From positions 124,001-188,000 of the forward strand of contig QPGO01000135.1 of the NCBI GenBank assembly GCA_008632985.1: a stretch of 64,000 bases of DNA, written 5' to 3'. Positions 62,400 to 64,000 of the stretch are shown here, in pieces; the first letter of the stretch is position 1, and each line of letters opens with the position of its first letter. The translations under genes and the position numbers were made by a program. This stretch comes from Psammoneis japonica (lineage: Eukaryota). Under the pieces are notes generated by a model. That model had not been told where the DNA came from. It was given only the letters and a program-made list of their open reading frames with translations, and did not search any database.

Positions 62400-64000
62400 A
62401 AGGAGTGCACCAATCATGGTTTGCACCATTGGGGAGCTGACAGTGCAGAAACAGTCATGCAAAGTAAAACTTGACAGCATCTGAGTTCCAGTGGAGACAA
62501 CAGGCCGCATCTTTGATGGGGCCCCCAGCATTGAAGAGAGCAACAGCTGCTGTTGCATGGTTGGGGTGGGAAACCAGGCATTTGATGTGCTGACGCAAGC
62601 AGTGGGAGGGATCCAGATGTGCTGCTTTGCAGGCATTGCACAAGAAGCTGACACATGTTTGCTTTGAAGGAAGGTGTGCAAGCCTGATGGCGAGTTCTGA
62701 AAGGCTCCTGGGGGCTCATCCAGTGGGATTCTGAGTCTCCAAGTGTGACCAATGATGGCTTGTGTGGCTTTCACGGGGCAGAAAAAACCATCAAGGCAGC
62801 GGCAACATCAAATTGTGAAGTTCTCCTTGCTCTTGTCATGGCAAAAGAGAAGGTGGAGTTCTGTGGCTTCTTCAGTGAGCTTGTGATGGGGAGGCAGGGC
62901 TGTGAGATTGGAGGTGTAGAATGTGAAGTCCAATGTGATGATTGCAAAGGGCACTCTTCCATTCCCTGGCTTCAGGGTTCCAAGGGAGCATGGCAAACAC
63001 TTGACCTTTTGGGATCTTGCTCTGAGCACGCTCTGCAAGGCAGAAACTGGTGAAAAGGGAAAAATTCCCAATCTGTGATGGCAGCAAAAAGATCCAGAAA
63101 AGTGGCTTCTTGTGAGGCCAGCTGGGCTTGGCACTTGAGTTCCATGTGCCCATGCATCTCCCCAGAGATGGAATGTTTTTTGTCATGCTTTTTTCACCAG
63201 GTCCAGTGCTGGTGGATGATTTCACCAAAGAAGGGAAGCAACTGTGACTTCCCATTGAGTTCTTGGCAGATTGGAGCATCGATGCCAAAGTGATGCTTCA
63301 ACCAGGTGCCTGCAATGTTGAGACAGCTGACAAGGGAGTCTTTGGCCAGGATGGTTGCATTGTGGAGGGACTCACCCTCAGCAAGGCTGAGCAGGTGACA
63401 GCTGAGAATGGGGATGGTCTGGGTGGCCATTGGTTTTGCAAGACTGATGCTCAAGCCAGCACGCAAAGTGACCAGCGTGAGACTCAAAAGTTGTGTCATT
63501 TGCACTGCGGACATGTCCTTGGTCAAGTCTTGTCCAACAAGCAATGAAATCACATTGCCAAGCTCAGAGGGGACATGGCATGCTTGCACTGTTGAGAGCC
63601 AGAAGCATTGCTCTGCAATGGATGCCCAAGTTGGGTGGTCCGCTGGGTGCAAGAGAGTGTCCGCCTCATCATTGGTGAGGCCAGCTGTGAGGCTTGCTGG
63701 TCGGGGATCCCTGAAAATCAGTGGCAAACAGAAGAGCATTGAGAAAGTGAGCAAGGCACTGGAGAATGGGGCGGTGTGTACAACTTGTGCATTCAACCAT
63801 GAGAGCGTGCTTGTGTTGTCCAAGCAAGCATGCAGCATCTGTCCACCAACTCACACCGCACCATGCTGCCAGAAAATCAGGGCCATGCAGAGGTTGATGA
63901 TGATTGCAATGAACTCCAGCACGTTGATGTGGAGCCCCTTTTTGTCAATGAGGGGCTCCTGCATGCTCCTTCATTGGGAAGCCCCATTTCACAAGGTTGG
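62400..64000 (-). pseudogene. DIRS/Ngaro-like retroelement remnant: RNase H followed by probable tyrosine recombinase
   Basis: HINVLEF...DNTSTLSW...GLTNDEAD RNase H pattern; downstream LFCHDKSKEN and PVKA segments resemble the YR core. Confidence 0.55.

Noticed and set aside
1..64000. Hundreds of short ORFs as host genes
   Set aside because: They are shadow frames or fragments of TE sequence, inflated by loss of TAA/TAG; none shows a recognisable host domain.
1..64000. Classical RIP or CpG deamination alone as the explanation
   Set aside because: RIP creates TpA, and CpG decay cannot turn TAY into TGY/CAY. CpG decay is present but only as a second layer.

Overview
This 64 kb window is a nested transposable-element graveyard with no credible host gene. 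The element families resemble diatom/stramenopile ones (CoDi-like Ty1/copia, Ty3/gypsy, an RNase H-bearing LINE, tyrosine-recombinase retroelements); that taxonomic call is inferred from motifs only. Contents: one young, full-length copia (44818-51923, minus strand, 276-bp LTRs, TSD AGGCA), a solo LTR of it, two older relatives, two copies of a second copia family, a third family and a fragment of a fourth, gypsy remnants, a TRIM, a MITE family with 4-bp TSDs and a decayed DDD-type transposase. The main signal is a directional, two-stranded TpA->TpG/CpA (A:T->G:C) hypermutation of these repeats, the reverse of fungal RIP. Invariant Tyr codons have become Cys in one copy and His in another. Three sibling LTRs show TA, TG and CA at the same three sites. 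The young element is partly converted but still CpG-rich, while old copies have lost both TpA and CpG. Surviving TpA sits mostly in YTAR contexts. All comparisons were made by eye, without alignments or database searches.
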